This document shows positions 11,405 through 24,690 of a DNA stretch of 64,000 nt, in pieces. The translations under genes and the position numbers were made by a program. The stretch covers positions 259,985 through 323,984 of the forward strand of contig MU057887.1 of the NCBI GenBank assembly GCA_013265495.1, in the 5' to 3' direction. The DNA comes from Vicugna vicugna. Lineage: Eukaryota. Within the stretch, counting starts at the first letter, position 1. Each line of letters starts with the position of its first letter. The notes beneath the pieces were generated by a model. The model saw nothing but the letters and a program-made list of their open reading frames with translations, ran no database searches and was not told the origin of the DNA.

Positions 11405-11828
11405 CGATGGGGTTGGACATGTGCCCCCCAAATTCACATTCTTCCCAGAACTTCAGAAGGCGACCTTATGTGGACATAGGGCCTTTGAAGACCTCATCGA
11501 GTTAAGATGAGGTCCCCGTGGGGTGGGGTGGCCCCTTAGTCCAATATGACTGGTTTCCTTATAAGAAGAGGGGGCACACAGAGACAGACACACACAGAGG
11601 AGAATGCCACGGGACCATGGACACGGAGCACCTAGGACTGCCAGCAACTCAGAGACCAAGAGAGAGGCCTGGGGCAGGGTCCTTCCTAGAGCCCTCAGAG
11701 CGAGCACGGCTCTGCCAACACCTTGATTCTGAACTTCTGGCCCCCAGAACCTTGAGAGGACGCACTTCTGTTGTTCAAAGCTGCGCACCGTGGAACTGTG
11801 TTACCGCCGCCCCAGGACACTAGAACAC
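11405..11828 (+). mobile_element. MLT1B/C-like MaLR LTR, near full length
   Basis: tgtgccccccaaattcac ... ttaagatgaggtc ... tccaatatgactgg ... ctgccaacaccttgatt ... ccccaggacactagaaca. Confidence 0.85.
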
Positions 11829-12384
11829 TCCCTTTCCTTACTCAGCCAAAGCTGGCCTTATTTGCGAATTCCACCTCCTCGGAGCCAGCCTGATCAGTCC
11901 TAAATCTCCTTCCACTGGAGGGCTGAGGCTGGACCTGATTCTTCTCAATAGTGTCACCCCTGGCCTGGCTTCGTTAGATGTTACTTCCCTTACTCCCCAG
12001 CGGGTTGGGTTTAACAGTCTCCGTCTGGCCGTGATGAGGGGAAATACTTCTTCACCTCGATGTCCCATCGTCCCCAAATCCAGCTCCCTCTTCCTTCAGT
12101 GGCTGGTGTTTGCAGGCATAGAAAGTGAGTTTGATTATTCATTCATATATTCAGCACATAGTTTTCCTATAGTTTATTGAAAACTTTCAAAGACTTCCAA
12201 AAAAAAATCTCTTTTATTCTCTACCCATTTTATGCCAAAGCAGCAGAACAGAACAGTGCCTTACTTCCTGGGTGACCCAGCCCGCCTCCCTGCAGCATCT
12301 GAGTGTGCAGATTCCAAATGAAAGAGCTCTTGTTGGCACCCACCACGTGTCAGGGACCACGACGGGCAATTAAAGTTATCATAA

Positions 12385-12575
12385 TAATAATGTGCTTATC
12401 GAGTGAGTGCATGTTAAATGCCCAGCATTATGTTAAAGGCTTTCCATGTTATCTCATTTTAATCATTTTAATCCTTCACAAAGACCCCTTGAGGTAGGTG
12501 TTATCAGCCCCATTATATAGATGAGAAAACTGAGGCTAACTTAGGTAATGACTTATCTAGGGAAGCACAGCCCAT
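12385..12575. mobile_element. MIR
   Basis: tttaatccttcacaaagaccccttgaggtaggtgttatcagccccattatatagatgagaaaactgaggct. Confidence 0.8.
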
Positions 12576-14183
12576 AAGCAATTGTTTCTAACTAAAACTA
12601 GCTGAGGTCCCAGCCTGGTGTCCTACTGCCCACGAGGCAGCTCTGTTGGGCTCACAGACACCGGCCAGATGGCTGGCTGTGGCCTGTGGGTGACACTGTT
12701 CGCTGGGAGGCTGGAGGACAGGCTTCTAGTCCCAGGCTCGTCACCCTCTGGTGAGGACATGAGTAAAAATGTTTCAACAGCCACGTGGCAGTGACTGGCG
12801 AGAACAGTAGTTAAAGGAGTTATGGGTTATTAATAACATTTATAACGATGAAACGAGGATCATTATTATAACAAGGACAAGTGCCACGGACTAGTGTTAA
12901 TTGTGATAATTACTAATTTATTGGGAAATTAGAAGATGGTTTCAGGCCTGTAAATCAGGGAGGAAGGAGAAATGTAAGTATGTGGGAAAATATGTGAATT
13001 TGGAAGTTCATAATATTTGCCTGACAGGGCCCAGAGAAGAATTTCAAAGCAGTTACATGTCCAAGGGTACCCCCGCAGGACAACTGCTGCCATGTCAGAC
13101 CTCCTGAAAATGCATAACAAGCAAACAAAACCCTGAGATACCTTGGACCCCAGGAGCACCAGGCCGGGCAGGCCCTGGAGGAAGACCTCAGATTTGGCTC
13201 TAGAAGTGAGGGAAGGTGGAGCAGGGGGTGCCATGCTCAGGCTGTGGGAAGAGCACGGGCTGTGGGGGGCGGAGTGGAAGCAAGGAGCCCAGACGGACGG
13301 CCAACTGGTCTAGGAAGAGAGGAGGACACTTGTCTGGGGCAGGAGGTGGTGGAGTCCAGGATGTGGCGGGAGGGAGTGGGCAGGATGCTTGGGCCGCCTC
13401 CGGATCAGTTAGAGCAAGTCCCTGGGGGCTGCCCCGGGCCCTGGGGTTTGTGCTGGTTCTCAGGTGCAGCCAGGTGGACACCTGCTGGCCCTTCTCTTGA
13501 GAACATCCCGCTTTCATTCATCCAACCTCCAATTCTGTCTGTGCAAATGTCCTATTTAGATATATTCCCCTACTGCCTTACCTAATACCTTGTTTTCACC
13601 TGATTAAAAAATATATATTTTTGCATTTGATTAAGAAGATGTTTTTTATTACCTGATGTTTTACCATCTACAGAGCTCTTTCACTAACATTAGCTCTATT
13701 TTAAAAACAATTTAAATGTTTTACATTAGCTCTCAATAATTCTGTTGTGGGGTATTTTGATCAAGAAATGGGGGTTCAGAAAGACCAAGAGATTTGGCCA
13801 AAACCACATGGCTGAAGGTGACCCCCAAGGGGACGTGGTCTTGGCTCCTGTCTCTCCTTCATTTGTCACTGTGTGTCCTTGTTTCCTGACACAGCCCGGC
13901 TTGTAGGCCCCTCTGCACCTCACAAGGAGCCAGTCATCCTCCAAGCTGCCCCCTTACGTGCCCCGCCATCCACAACCCACCTGCTGCAAGGCTGCCGTTG
14001 TCAACGGCTCACTTCATGTTGGTTCCTGTGATGTGGAGTTTTTTATAATAACAGTAATAATAGTAGTAATGATGGCTGTTTGTTGAGTGCTTCTGTGTCC
14101 CTGTGTTGAGAAAAGTATTTCGCTGAAGTGATGCATTTAATTGCGGCAGTAATTCTGTGAGCAACGGACCACCGTGACCCCTG

Positions 14184-14641
14184 TGTCATGACCTAAATGT
14201 TTTCGTCCCCCCAAAAATCATGTGTTGAAACCCTAACCCCCAATGTGATGGTATTTGGAGATGGGATCTATAAGAATTAAGGTGAAATGAGGTCACAGGG
14301 GTGGAACCCTGATCCAGTAGGACTGGAGCCCTGACGAGAAGAGGGAGAGACACCAGAGACCTCTCTGCACCTGTCTATCCACCCATCCATCCATCCGTCC
14401 ATCCACCTACCTATCATCTCCAGCTCCAGCTCCAGCTCCGCACACTCACGGCGAAAGGCCACGTGAGACACAGCGAGAAGCGGGCTGTCTACAGCCAGGA
14501 AGCGTGGCCTCACCAGAAATCCGTGCTGATGGCACTTTGATCTTGGACGTCCAGCCTCCAGAACTGTGAGAAAATAACTGTCTGTAGTTTAGGCCCCCTG
14601 TCTGCGGCATTTTGTTATGGCGGCCTTAGCCAGCAAATCCA
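14184..14641 (+). mobile_element. MLT1A-like MaLR LTR inserted in a MIR, with (CCAT)n and (CTCCAG)n
   Basis: gttgaaaccctaacccccaatgtgatggtatttggagatggg ... ccagcctccagaactgtgagaaaata. The MIR core resumes at 14642 (cccgttttggatgaggaaactgag). Confidence 0.85.
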
Positions 14642-17600
14642 CCCGTTTTGGATGAGGAAACTGAGACACAGAGACGTCATCTGACTCTGCCAGGAGTGCT
14701 CAGTAGCTCGTGGGACCAGGCTGCAAACCCGACAGCCTGGCTCCAGCTCCTGCCTGCTCTTCTCACTCGAAAAAATGACCGAGGAAACCCTCCCACCATC
14801 CCCCACCCCCGATGCTCCGCGCGGCCTCCGCACCCTCCCTCGGGCCCCCCGGCGCCCAGTCCAGTTCCAGGGCTGTGTGCTGCTGCCTGGCCGCGCCCCG
14901 GGCTCTCCCCAGCAGCCTTGCCCCCACATTCCATGCTTGTTGAACTAAGCTGCCCAGAGTTGTGAATTCCCCTCTTCCCTCCTGTGGGCCCCACGCAGCT
15001 GGGTTTACTTTCCTGCCTTGTGCCACGGGCATCCAGGTGCAGGTCTGTCTGTCTCTCTGTGTCACCACAGAGGGCTCCCTGAGGCTACGCACGGCATCCC
15101 GCCCACATGTGTCCCGCCGAACTCAGCCCAGGGCCCTGCACACGGACCACCTGGGTCACCAGAGGGCGGAGGAGTCCTACGTGTGGGCACGTTTGCAGCA
15201 CCAAGGGGCACTGGCACCCGGTGCTTATAAATAGAGTCTGAGGGGTAAACACATATGCGAGAAGGACGTGAGGCAGACACGGTATAAACAGTTCATTTTC
15301 CCTTGTCAGGGTGATTAAGCGGTGACTGACCTGAACTGTGTCACTCGGTCACCTGGAGCCCCGAGCCGAAGTCTGCAGAAGCAAGTGGCTCCAGGCCCCA
15401 GATCCAGCTGTGTCCCACACCCCATCCAGACTTTCTGTGCCCCGTGGGTCTCCTGGGGCGATCTGTCAATTGGTTTTGGGGTGTGAACTAAGCAGCTGCC
15501 CTCGGTCCAGGGTTGACTGTGCAGGGCCCTTTTAGGAGAGGCAGGGAGGAGGCAGCTGAGTCACCAGCCTTCTCGCACCTACGCTGTCCCCCAGCCCCCT
15601 ACTCAGATAGAGCTTCTCACTTTCAAGCCAAAGGAAGCTACCCACGTGTCCCGAGGGGCATGGATTCCTCTCCATCCCCCACCCCCCGCCCCGTCCAGAG
15701 CGCACACACACAAACACACACACCACCCTGGCTCCAGGCAATATTGAATGGAGACGGATCCTGCCCTATTAATCCAATTAAACTCAAAGTCAGAGGAGAC
15801 CGCATCTTGCCCATTTTCTCTCACTTTATAAAGAAAGGTTGGTTTAGAGAACTTTGATTATGCCTCAAGTCATTGGCAGGAGGATGATTTTAGCCCCAAC
15901 CCCACTTTTTTTACCCCAGATAGAGCAACTTTGAGACAGCAACATATGCTGCTACACTGGCCCTGCTCCTGAGGCAGACATGAGTAATCAATCCCAGCTC
16001 TCTTCCTGGCTGAGCCTGAGCTTCGTCGGCAAATCCTTCTCAACAAAGCTTTCCAGGCAGTGACTCCTAACTTGTCAACTTGCACTGGTCCTACTCACCT
16101 TCCCAGCTGTCCCCATGAGCATGTACTGTCCCTTAGGAGCTGGGTGTCAGCAACGCTAGCCACAGCCAGAGAGGCTGTGAGTCTCCACAAGGCAACAGGG
16201 ACTTCAGGAGTTAGAAGGCTGGTTCTGTGACCCCACCACCTCTGTTTAAGGGTTCCCCCAGAGCAGTGGCTTCTATGCTGTTTTGACCTTGACCCACAGT
16301 AAGAAACAAACTGCACAGAGAAACCCAGGACCCACAGTCATGTATGTACATACATGCAACGGAGTCAGAGTTTCATGGGAAAAACAGCTATGCAGCTTAA
16401 TAGTGTCTATTCTGTTCTTCATGTTATTCTCAGCCACTAAGTTGATTTCATGCCCCACATCTGCGATGCGAGAAACCACAGCTCTAAACTGTTCTCACAT
16501 CTTTAGCGTCTCCACGTTCCAGAGATTTCGATTTCTCTTCCCATCAAACTCCTCCACTTCCCCAAAGCTCCACCTTCAGTGATGTGACCATGGGCAGTAC
16601 AGAATTAATCAAATCAACCAGTGAATAGCTGACTGGCAGGGCCTAGCCATTTAGACTTTGAAAGTGTCCCAAGTTACTCTTACCCTCAAATTCTGAGAAT
16701 CATCCAGTCAACCCCATCAAGTTTCTTAATTTTAAAAATGGGGAAACAGACGCATAGAGGAACAGCCATTGGCCAATGATCCCAGGGATCCAGAGGCCGG
16801 GCTAGGATGACTCAAAATTACAGCGTTAGAGACTCAAGGCTCTTGGGGACTGTGTCCCCCATTTTGGTGGCCACCTAATACCACACAGCCAATAGGAGGA
16901 GACATGGACATAGTACCTGTAGTGGGTAGAATGGTGGCCCTTCAAAAATGTACAACCATCGTGACTCCTGGAACCTGTGAATGTGATCTCATTTGGGAGA
17001 AGAGTCGTCTCCCAAATTTGCTCACAGCAGTCCTGGGAAACCAGCACACACCCAAAGCGGGAGTTCAGGGGTTACCACGGAATCCGAGTGTCACGCTGGG
17101 AACCCCTTTTGCTGAGCTCCTGTTGAGTGTGGGCGCTGCACCAAGGGGTTCACACACATCCCGATGGTGACACCGAGTGGGCCAGGCAGGGACACAAAGC
17201 ACTACCCCAAAGCACACAAAGCGTGAACCCCTTGCGCAGGGCCAGCAGGCAGTGCGTGCGCAGCTGGGGCTGCTCCCTCCCAGCCACCTCCTCTCCGCGC
17301 GACAGGCCGGGGGCGGGGCGGGCCTTTTTCCGGCAGGGGGTCTTCTGACGCTTGGTTCCTGCCTCGTGGGCAACTACACCCGACAGAGCCAGACTCTGAG
17401 ATTTGAGCTCAGAATCTGGGGAGTAGCCCCAAAGTACAAGATGGAATTTTAGCAAGAGAATCCTACCACAGGGTTTCTTTCCCTTTGCTCAAGATGAACA
17501 GGAGCAGATACAGTCTGACCTACATTTAGCACAGAGGGAGGAAATTTAGTTCATTCAAAGAAGTGAGAATTTGGTAGTCCTTAAGTGATTTAAAGTCTTT

Positions 17601-20600
17601 TCCTCTGCTTGACGTTCTCCGTATGGTACTGGATGTGTGACAACATATATCCAGAGAGAGAGGGACCATGATGTAGAAGTCAGGCCATTTACACATATCC
17701 AAGTTAAACCGCCAGTGTGGACGAGTTTATAAAGGGCGTGACGTGTCGACGGGCCACCAGGCACAGGCACGTCATGAAGATGTCCTGGAGGAAACTGGGG
17801 TGGGAGGACCGCACACGGATCCCAGGCCGGAGGGTGCAAAGTGGAACCAGCTCTTCCCGGTCTTCTCAACCACGGCCGATGGGCCGATGGACAGGGCAGG
17901 GACGCCTGGACCAAGGCCAGCGAGTCCGGTGAAGCCCCACCCTTGGCGGCACTTTTGGGCTCTAAGAAATACTTCAACGCCCTTCTCATTTCATTCACAA
18001 AAGGTCCCGTGAGCAGAGAGGGGAAGGATTATTTCTATTTTACAAGAAGGAAAAAAAGCCCACCAAGATGCGAGTTAAGTGTGATTTTCCCCAAAGTCTG
18101 ATTCTAAATGGATGAGCTGGGAAGCGGACTGTGGATCAGACGTGAGGTCCAGCCCAGAGAGCGGCCAAGTCCCCGCTAACTGCGACTGGACGTCATGGCC
18201 TCTAGACCTTGAGACCTGAATTCTCACCTGAATTCTGAGCCGCCACGTCACACAGGAAACCCCGCTCTCTTCATGTTTCAGGCGGGTGCAGCCAAAGCAT
18301 CTGGTGGTTCAGACTGCCTGTCACAGAGGGTGACAGGGTGACCGAGGGACTGAGAACCGCACGCTGGGAGGCCCCTCAGCGGACTCGCGCTGGGAACCCT
18401 GGTTCTACACGTGGGAGACGCAGGCGGCAGGGCCCCGCATTCAAAGACTTTGAGTGCAAAGGGGTGGACGCTATGTCTCGCCAGGTGCTTGGAGGCGGCA
18501 GCGCGCACAGACCCTCTCCCAGGGACGTCTGGCTCCTCCTTTCTCCCCCACATTGTAGTGATGCTGCTAGATTTGTTTACATGTGGTGGAGTCAGGACGG
18601 CAGCCCGGGGTTGCAGAGAAAGCGCTGCCTTCAGAAGCTCAGCTGTGCAGAGGGTAAGGACCTGGTGCAGGGAGGTCCCCGGGCGCCACGTGGCCCCAAC
18701 CACGGGCCCAGGCTCGGGACTGGAGGAGCTGGGTGACCTCTGGACGTGGTTGGCTGGCGGGTTCCCTGTGCCCTGACCGCCCCCACCTTGGAAGGGGCAT
18801 GAGAACTCCGCCCCTCCCACCCGCAGACTACAGCCAGGGCTGAAAGGAAACCGGCTTTGGGAACCAGGACGTCCAGAGGCAGCTGGGGCTTCATTTTCGT
18901 GGGAAGCTCTCGATGCTTCTGTGCGGTGGGGATTCTGGAATGGTCATTTTTTTCCTGCCACTCCCACCCCCCAAGTGCACTGAGACCCTGCGATGGCAGC
19001 ACTTCCTTAAAGTGAGCTGACGGTGGAGCTGGGGCCGGGGTCTGACCCCCGAGCCCCAGGCCCCTGGACTCACACGGACCTGGGCCCACACACCAGCCTT
19101 CCCGGATGAGGGGGTGAGCCCGGCAAGCCGCTTAACCTTCCAGCGCCAACGGGCGGCGGCTCGGCTACAGAAGGGGGACCCATCACAACGTTAGCTCTGT
19201 CTCCTTCTGGGGGAGGGAGGGGCTGCTCAACCCCATGGCCGCCATGGGTCTGGGTAGACACTGAAGTCACTTCCTGACACCCAGTAAGGGGGGAAGGCGA
19301 GCGGTGAGCCGCAGTCAGGCCAGCTTAGGGCAGCAGTGGGCCAGGCATCTGTGTTCACTTCATTTGTAAGGACTTGGCTTACCCACTCCTGGTGGGGTGT
19401 CACCGGGGGTGCCGAGTTTCCCACCAGCCCAGGATGCTGTGGGAACTGGGGCAGGAGCCTCTTCGGTCAGGCTCCCAACCCAGTGTTTCTTCTGCTTGGC
19501 CCATAGAAGGAAAGTCAGTTCTGTCCATGTCCTGCAAATTTCCACAAAGGACACCGAACATTTGCACCACACCTCGTCCCTCTCCAGTCACGGTGCAAAG
19601 CCATCAGCGAGTCAGAGGCTGCTTGGAAGCACGGTTCTCAGCAGGTGCACACCGACTGCCGCTCCCGGCCCTCCAGCAAGTGGCCTTGATCTCGGGCGAT
19701 ATTTAGATGCTGTTTTCCTCATTGGCCACAGATGCTTGTCACACCAGAAACTCGCTTGGCGGCTCGTCCTGGGTCTCCTTGACCTGGTGCAGTTTGAAAG
19801 CAGAAGAAAATGCTCCAGTTTGCCAGGGACACCCGTTGCCCTTGGGAACAAACGTTTGCATCTGGCCTTTGCTGTCCTTTCTCATTTGGTTTCTTCTCAC
19901 GGAGGAAGCAGCCAGGCCCCACACTCTGTCCAGGTGGGCCAGTGCACAGGCCAGCCTGTTGTGGGGAGGCCTTTGTGGGGCAGAGCTGGAGGGGCCTACG
20001 ACCCTCCCTCCAGGTGAGAAGACTGAGGTTCAAGAGGAGAAGGCATTGGCCAAGGTCCCTGCAGGTAAGAGGTGCAGGGTGGAGCCATGTCCAACTTCTG
20101 CCAGCTCAAGGCCACACGTACTTCCCACCGTGGGACGTGGCTGGGGGCAAAAGGGGCTGACCCCGAGCTTGGGCGCTCCCTTCCTGTTCCTGCACCCTCC
20201 CTGCTAGGTGACTTCAGAAACACTCCACTATGCTCTCAACTGTAAAGTTGGGAGTGGGGGGTCTTGGCCACCACCAGGGAAGTACATCATCCCTCCCCTT
20301 GGCCACGGCCACACCTGCCTCATTTTCCCAACCCAAGCTGCTCCCCCAAACCCACCTGCTCACCCCTAATCACTGGCTGCCCCCTCCTCAACCCCTTATT
20401 TCTCTCACTGCCTGGCTAATGACAGGGAAATGGAGTTTGGGAGCAGTCAAGGGACATGCTGCGCTGACCTAGTGTGGACACACAGTAACTACTTTTGAAT
20501 GAAAAAGAAAAGAGAAGAAATGTCACCCACCAGGCTGTTCCTAGGACCAAGGAGGTGATCGATGCTCCAGGCCTTCTGTGTCTCTGATGATGAGATGGCC

Positions 20601-21051
20601 GTGGCCAGATGTGGTCCTGCCCACCTAGGTGAAGCAATGGCTCTGCTTGTCCCATGGCATCTGGGGGTCCCACCCCACATGGTCTGCAAAAGGCTCTGGT
20701 CACACAGAACTCTGGCCGGAGGGGACAGCATCGCCTGCGGGAAATAAAGTGTACACCCGTCCTGACCCACTGAACAGTTCTTCCTGGCTTGGGGTCCTCA
20801 ACAAGGTTCTCTGTGACACTAGGGACACAATTTCTCCCCCCAAGACCTGACTTTGACTGGGCCCATTGGGCCCTTTTTCCCTCGACACCTCTCCCTTCTG
20901 CCCCAATCCCGAGATGTGATGGAACTTAACCCGTCCACTGCGCTACCCTCTGGACCCTCTGCAGGTCATTCATCAGCAAGTCTTGTTTCCAAGCCTCCTA
21001 CGTGCCAGCCCTGTAGGAGAAACCCAGTTCCCTGCCTGGGGGCTCAGCCCC

Positions 21052-21497
21052 TGTACTGGGCTGTCCCTCTGAAATTCATGTCCACCCAGAAACCCGTGAC
21101 TGTGACCTTCTTTGGAAATTGCGTCTCTGCAGAGGGAATCGTGTTAAGATGAGGTCATCCTGGATGAGGCTGGGCCATCGTCCACTGACTGGTGTCCTTT
21201 GGAGAAGAAATTCGGACACAGACACACACAGAGTGGCTATATGACAATGGAGGCAGAGACCAGAGGGATGCAGCCACAAGCCAAGGAGCACCAAGGCTGC
21301 CACAGCCGTCAGAAGCCGGAAGAGGCACCGGAGGAGTCTTCTCTAGAGCCTTCGGGGGAAGCGGGGCCCTGCTGACACTTTGGTTTGGGGCTTTTAGCCG
21401 CCAGATCTGCAAGAGGATACATTTCTGTCGCTTTAAGGCCCCTTCCCACCCCGCAGCTTGTGGTCATTTGTTCTGGCAGACCTAGGCATCTAATCCA
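21052..21497 (+). mobile_element. MLT1B/C-like MaLR LTR
   Basis: TG...CA ends; aaattcatgtccacccagaaacc ... gttaagatgaggtcatcctgga ... gctgacactttggttt; flanks gcccc/ccccc. Confidence 0.83.
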
Positions 21498-21787
21498 CCC
21501 CCCGCAAGGGCAAGACACCCACACTGCGGGAGCCCGGTGCACCCCCCAAAGGGCAATGCAACTGGACAAACACAGCACCTTATCCGAGGCACTTCCTCTG
21601 CGCGCCTCCAGACATCACGTCCTCACAGCCATCCGAGAGGCAGGCTGCGCGGGACTATAGATGGGAAAACTAAGGCCCAGAGGGCAAGAGACTGACCCAA
21701 AGTCAAATAGTTGGGACACAGCAGCCTAGATTCAAACACAGCCTTCCCGAATCTGGGGGCAAGCGGCCTTGTTGGGGTTCGGTGTTT

Positions 21788-21929
21788 CGTTTGGTTTGTT
21801 TGTTTTTTATGAGGGGGAGGTAATTAGGTTGATTTATTCGTTTCTGTTTGGAGGAGGTACCGGGGATTGAACCGAGGCCCTCGTGCAATGCTAAGCATGC
21901 GCTCTCCCACGTGAGCTGTGCCCTCTCCC
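21788..21929 (-). mobile_element. tRNA-Ala-derived SINE (camelid Vic-1 type)
   Basis: Reverse strand reads gggagagggcacagctcacgtgggagagcgcatgcttagcattgcacgagggcctcggttcaatccccggtacctcc, then cctaattacctcccc and an A-rich tail. Confidence 0.88.
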
Positions 21930-24512
21930 AGCGTGTTCTGTGTGCGCCCTCCCCACCGGTGGGGGCGGCCCCGCCAGGCGCTCTTTGCTCCTTGATCAGG
22001 GCCTCCCCCGTGGGCAGGTCACGAGAAAGGAGGTCTGGAGAGGATGATTTGGGTTTTTGACCCCCTGAATCGGGGCTCTAACAGACCTGGTAACTCACAG
22101 TGAGCGCGGTCAGGTTAAAGATCAGCACGTGCACACGTCAGACCCAACCTGGTCCGCCCTTGCCGGTGGGTTTTGCAAAAGTCATTAGCCAGACATTCTC
22201 TCGGGTCTGTTGTACTTTTGTTCGCTCCATTCACCTCCATCAGCACCTGGCCTTTCGCCTCCTCCCCACCCCCCAACCCCTGACTTCCTCTAACAGAGTC
22301 TCCAGGCTGGGCCCCTTCGGCTGGCCAGCCTCCAGGCCTGGGCTCTCAGCAGCTTGGGACCCCAGGGAACCACGCCCTCCCTGACACACTCCTTGCTCTT
22401 TCTCAGGCTCATAAACCATGGAGCTCCCCTGGACCTGGACCCCTTTCTCTCCTGACCCTGAAACTCTCCTTGGGAGCCTACGTCTAGCCACGGCTTCAGT
22501 TGTCAGCCACGTGCCAACATCCTTCCAGTCACCAGGCATCCCGCTGCCAACTTCATGTCTGTTTGAAAGTCCTACAGGAGCTCCAAGGCCAACCAGTCCA
22601 AAACAACCTCCTTCCCTCTTCGTGCTGTTTCCGTTGTGGCAGGGTTCCACGAACGCTTCATTGGTGGGTGGTACTGGTCCACTGGTGGGTGATGGCGGTC
22701 TACTGTGACAGCGGTCTACTGTTCCTTTAGCAGGTGGCAGGTTCCACTGGTTCTGGCGGAAGTGCTGAGTGGTGGGAACAGTCCTGGCCTTGAATCGGGC
22801 AGGCTCGGCCTCCAGCCCCGCTTGCCCGATGTGACCACAGACAAGGGACCCAGCTCTCTGGCCTGCAGTAAGAGGATGGTGACGCCACCTCACAGGGTGA
22901 TGACGGGCTGGGTGGCGATGCTGCCTCAGAAAAGGAGGGTCAGCAGGGCCAAGAGAAGAAACCCCTGCAGCCAGCTGGGCTGACAGGGACACAGGAGGGT
23001 CACAGAGGGGCCGTCAGACGTGCACCTGTGAAGGAACGTGGAGCAGCCCTGCTCCGCCAGAGCCTCGTCCTTTAAGCTCTCCTCTTTGTCCACACCACTA
23101 CCTTCTTGCTGGCTGTGACTGCGGGCGGGGGTCTGTGCCAGCCCTGGCCCCTCCCCCACCCCATTCCTCCTCTTCCAGAAGCGCATCGGTCGCCATAACC
23201 CTCTCTCCCTCCGGGGCTCTGCTCCTGGTCTCCGGGTCTGAGTGGCCTCCGTGCCCTCACATGGGCCCCCTTGCACCCCCCCCCACAGCCTGCCTGCCTC
23301 CCCCTCCTGTGGCCAGGCTTACCTGGTGTCACGTTGAACTTTTCAGTCTTTCCTTTCCTTCTCGTAGCTTCTCCCGCCCCAACGTGAGAAACTTCCAGCA
23401 GAATGAACTCTGGGGTGAGAGTGACCCTGCACCAGGCCGGGCCTTCTCTCCTTGACCCGCGTGTCCCCTCCTGGCCCGGATGACCAGCGTGCACCCCTGC
23501 AGAGATGCACCCCTCCCTCTGGCTCTCCCTAGCTCCAGGCATCCGTCCCCTCTCTGGGACCTCAGGGTGGAGGTGATGACTCGTGAATCCTCCCACCCCC
23601 ACCCCAGGCCTCAGCCTCGCCCGGGTCCCACTGCTCCCCACCTCTCACCCGATTGTGAGGCTCTGACCTGCCTTCCTAAGGGAAGTTACCTTCCTAGAAC
23701 ATGGCTCTGGGGGTGACACTACCCTCTCCCCACTGCCCCACGCCTCACTCCTCAGATGAGCACAAAAACCCTTGTTCTGTTGCCAACCAAGCCTCGCCCC
23801 CACGCTCCCCTCCCCCAGCATGATGCCGGGGTCTTCCCAGAGTCCCCGCCCACTTTCAAACCTCGTTGACAAGCCTCTCTGTCCCTGGAATTCCCACTCT
23901 GGCCGCTTCCGCCTGTCTAGCAAGCCTCCTGGGCTCCCTGGGCAGTTGCTCCTTCCCTGGGGTCGCATCCTCGCTGTCCACTGTCCCCTTGCTCCCTGCA
24001 GGGCGGGCGACCCCTCACCAGGCAGAGTGCCACCGGGGTGGGGGGGACCACCTTCCCGCCCCACCAGCCGCAGTCCTTCTGGGATGCTTCCAGCCGGCAC
24101 GGAGCGGGAGCCCAGGGTGCGCTGGTTAAATGAACAGACCTGTGAAGACTGTGTGTAAATAATTTTTAATATGTTGAAACACATTAAAAATGCATTAAGA
24201 ATGCTGGCTATTTAAAAGAATTCCACAGGGAATCATTTTCTAAAAATGAGAAACTCTCCTTAATGGGAATAATCACTCTCTAATTCAAATGGTGCCCGTG
24301 TTTGAATCTTCATTGACAATATCGCCTCTCTTAATAAAAAGAACGTCTTACAAGGACATTCTTTGTGGCCAGAAACTTTACTCCCAGGGGCGATAATAAT
24401 GCCTACGAATGGTTAGCGCAGAAAATACCATGAAACACTAAGTCAAATTATGTCAAGTGTCCAAGAAACTCTGAAGTTTATTTCTGGGGGTCTTTGCTGG
24501 AGCAAAGGGGTT

Positions 24513-24690
24513 AGGGCTGGGCCAAAACAAGCTGCATACTTACAGGGCTCGGTACAAAATGAAAAGCAAGCCCCGTGTTCAGAAATGATAAAGAACTTCG
24601 AGGCAGTGACAGCAGAGCGTTCAGTCAAGCCTGGGCCCCTTCTGAGCGCCAGACCCTGTGCAACTGCCCAGGGTACACAGCCACAAGGCG
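24513..24690. mobile_element. MER45A-like hAT element
   Basis: ggtacaaaatgaaaagcaagcccc ... gacagcagagcgttcagtcaagcctgggccccttctgagcgc matches remembered MER45A in reverse. Confidence 0.7.

Noticed and set aside
16339..16356. 18-bp perfect palindrome catgtatgtacatacatg
   Set aside because: Built from low-complexity TATG/CATA units, probably within an old repeat.
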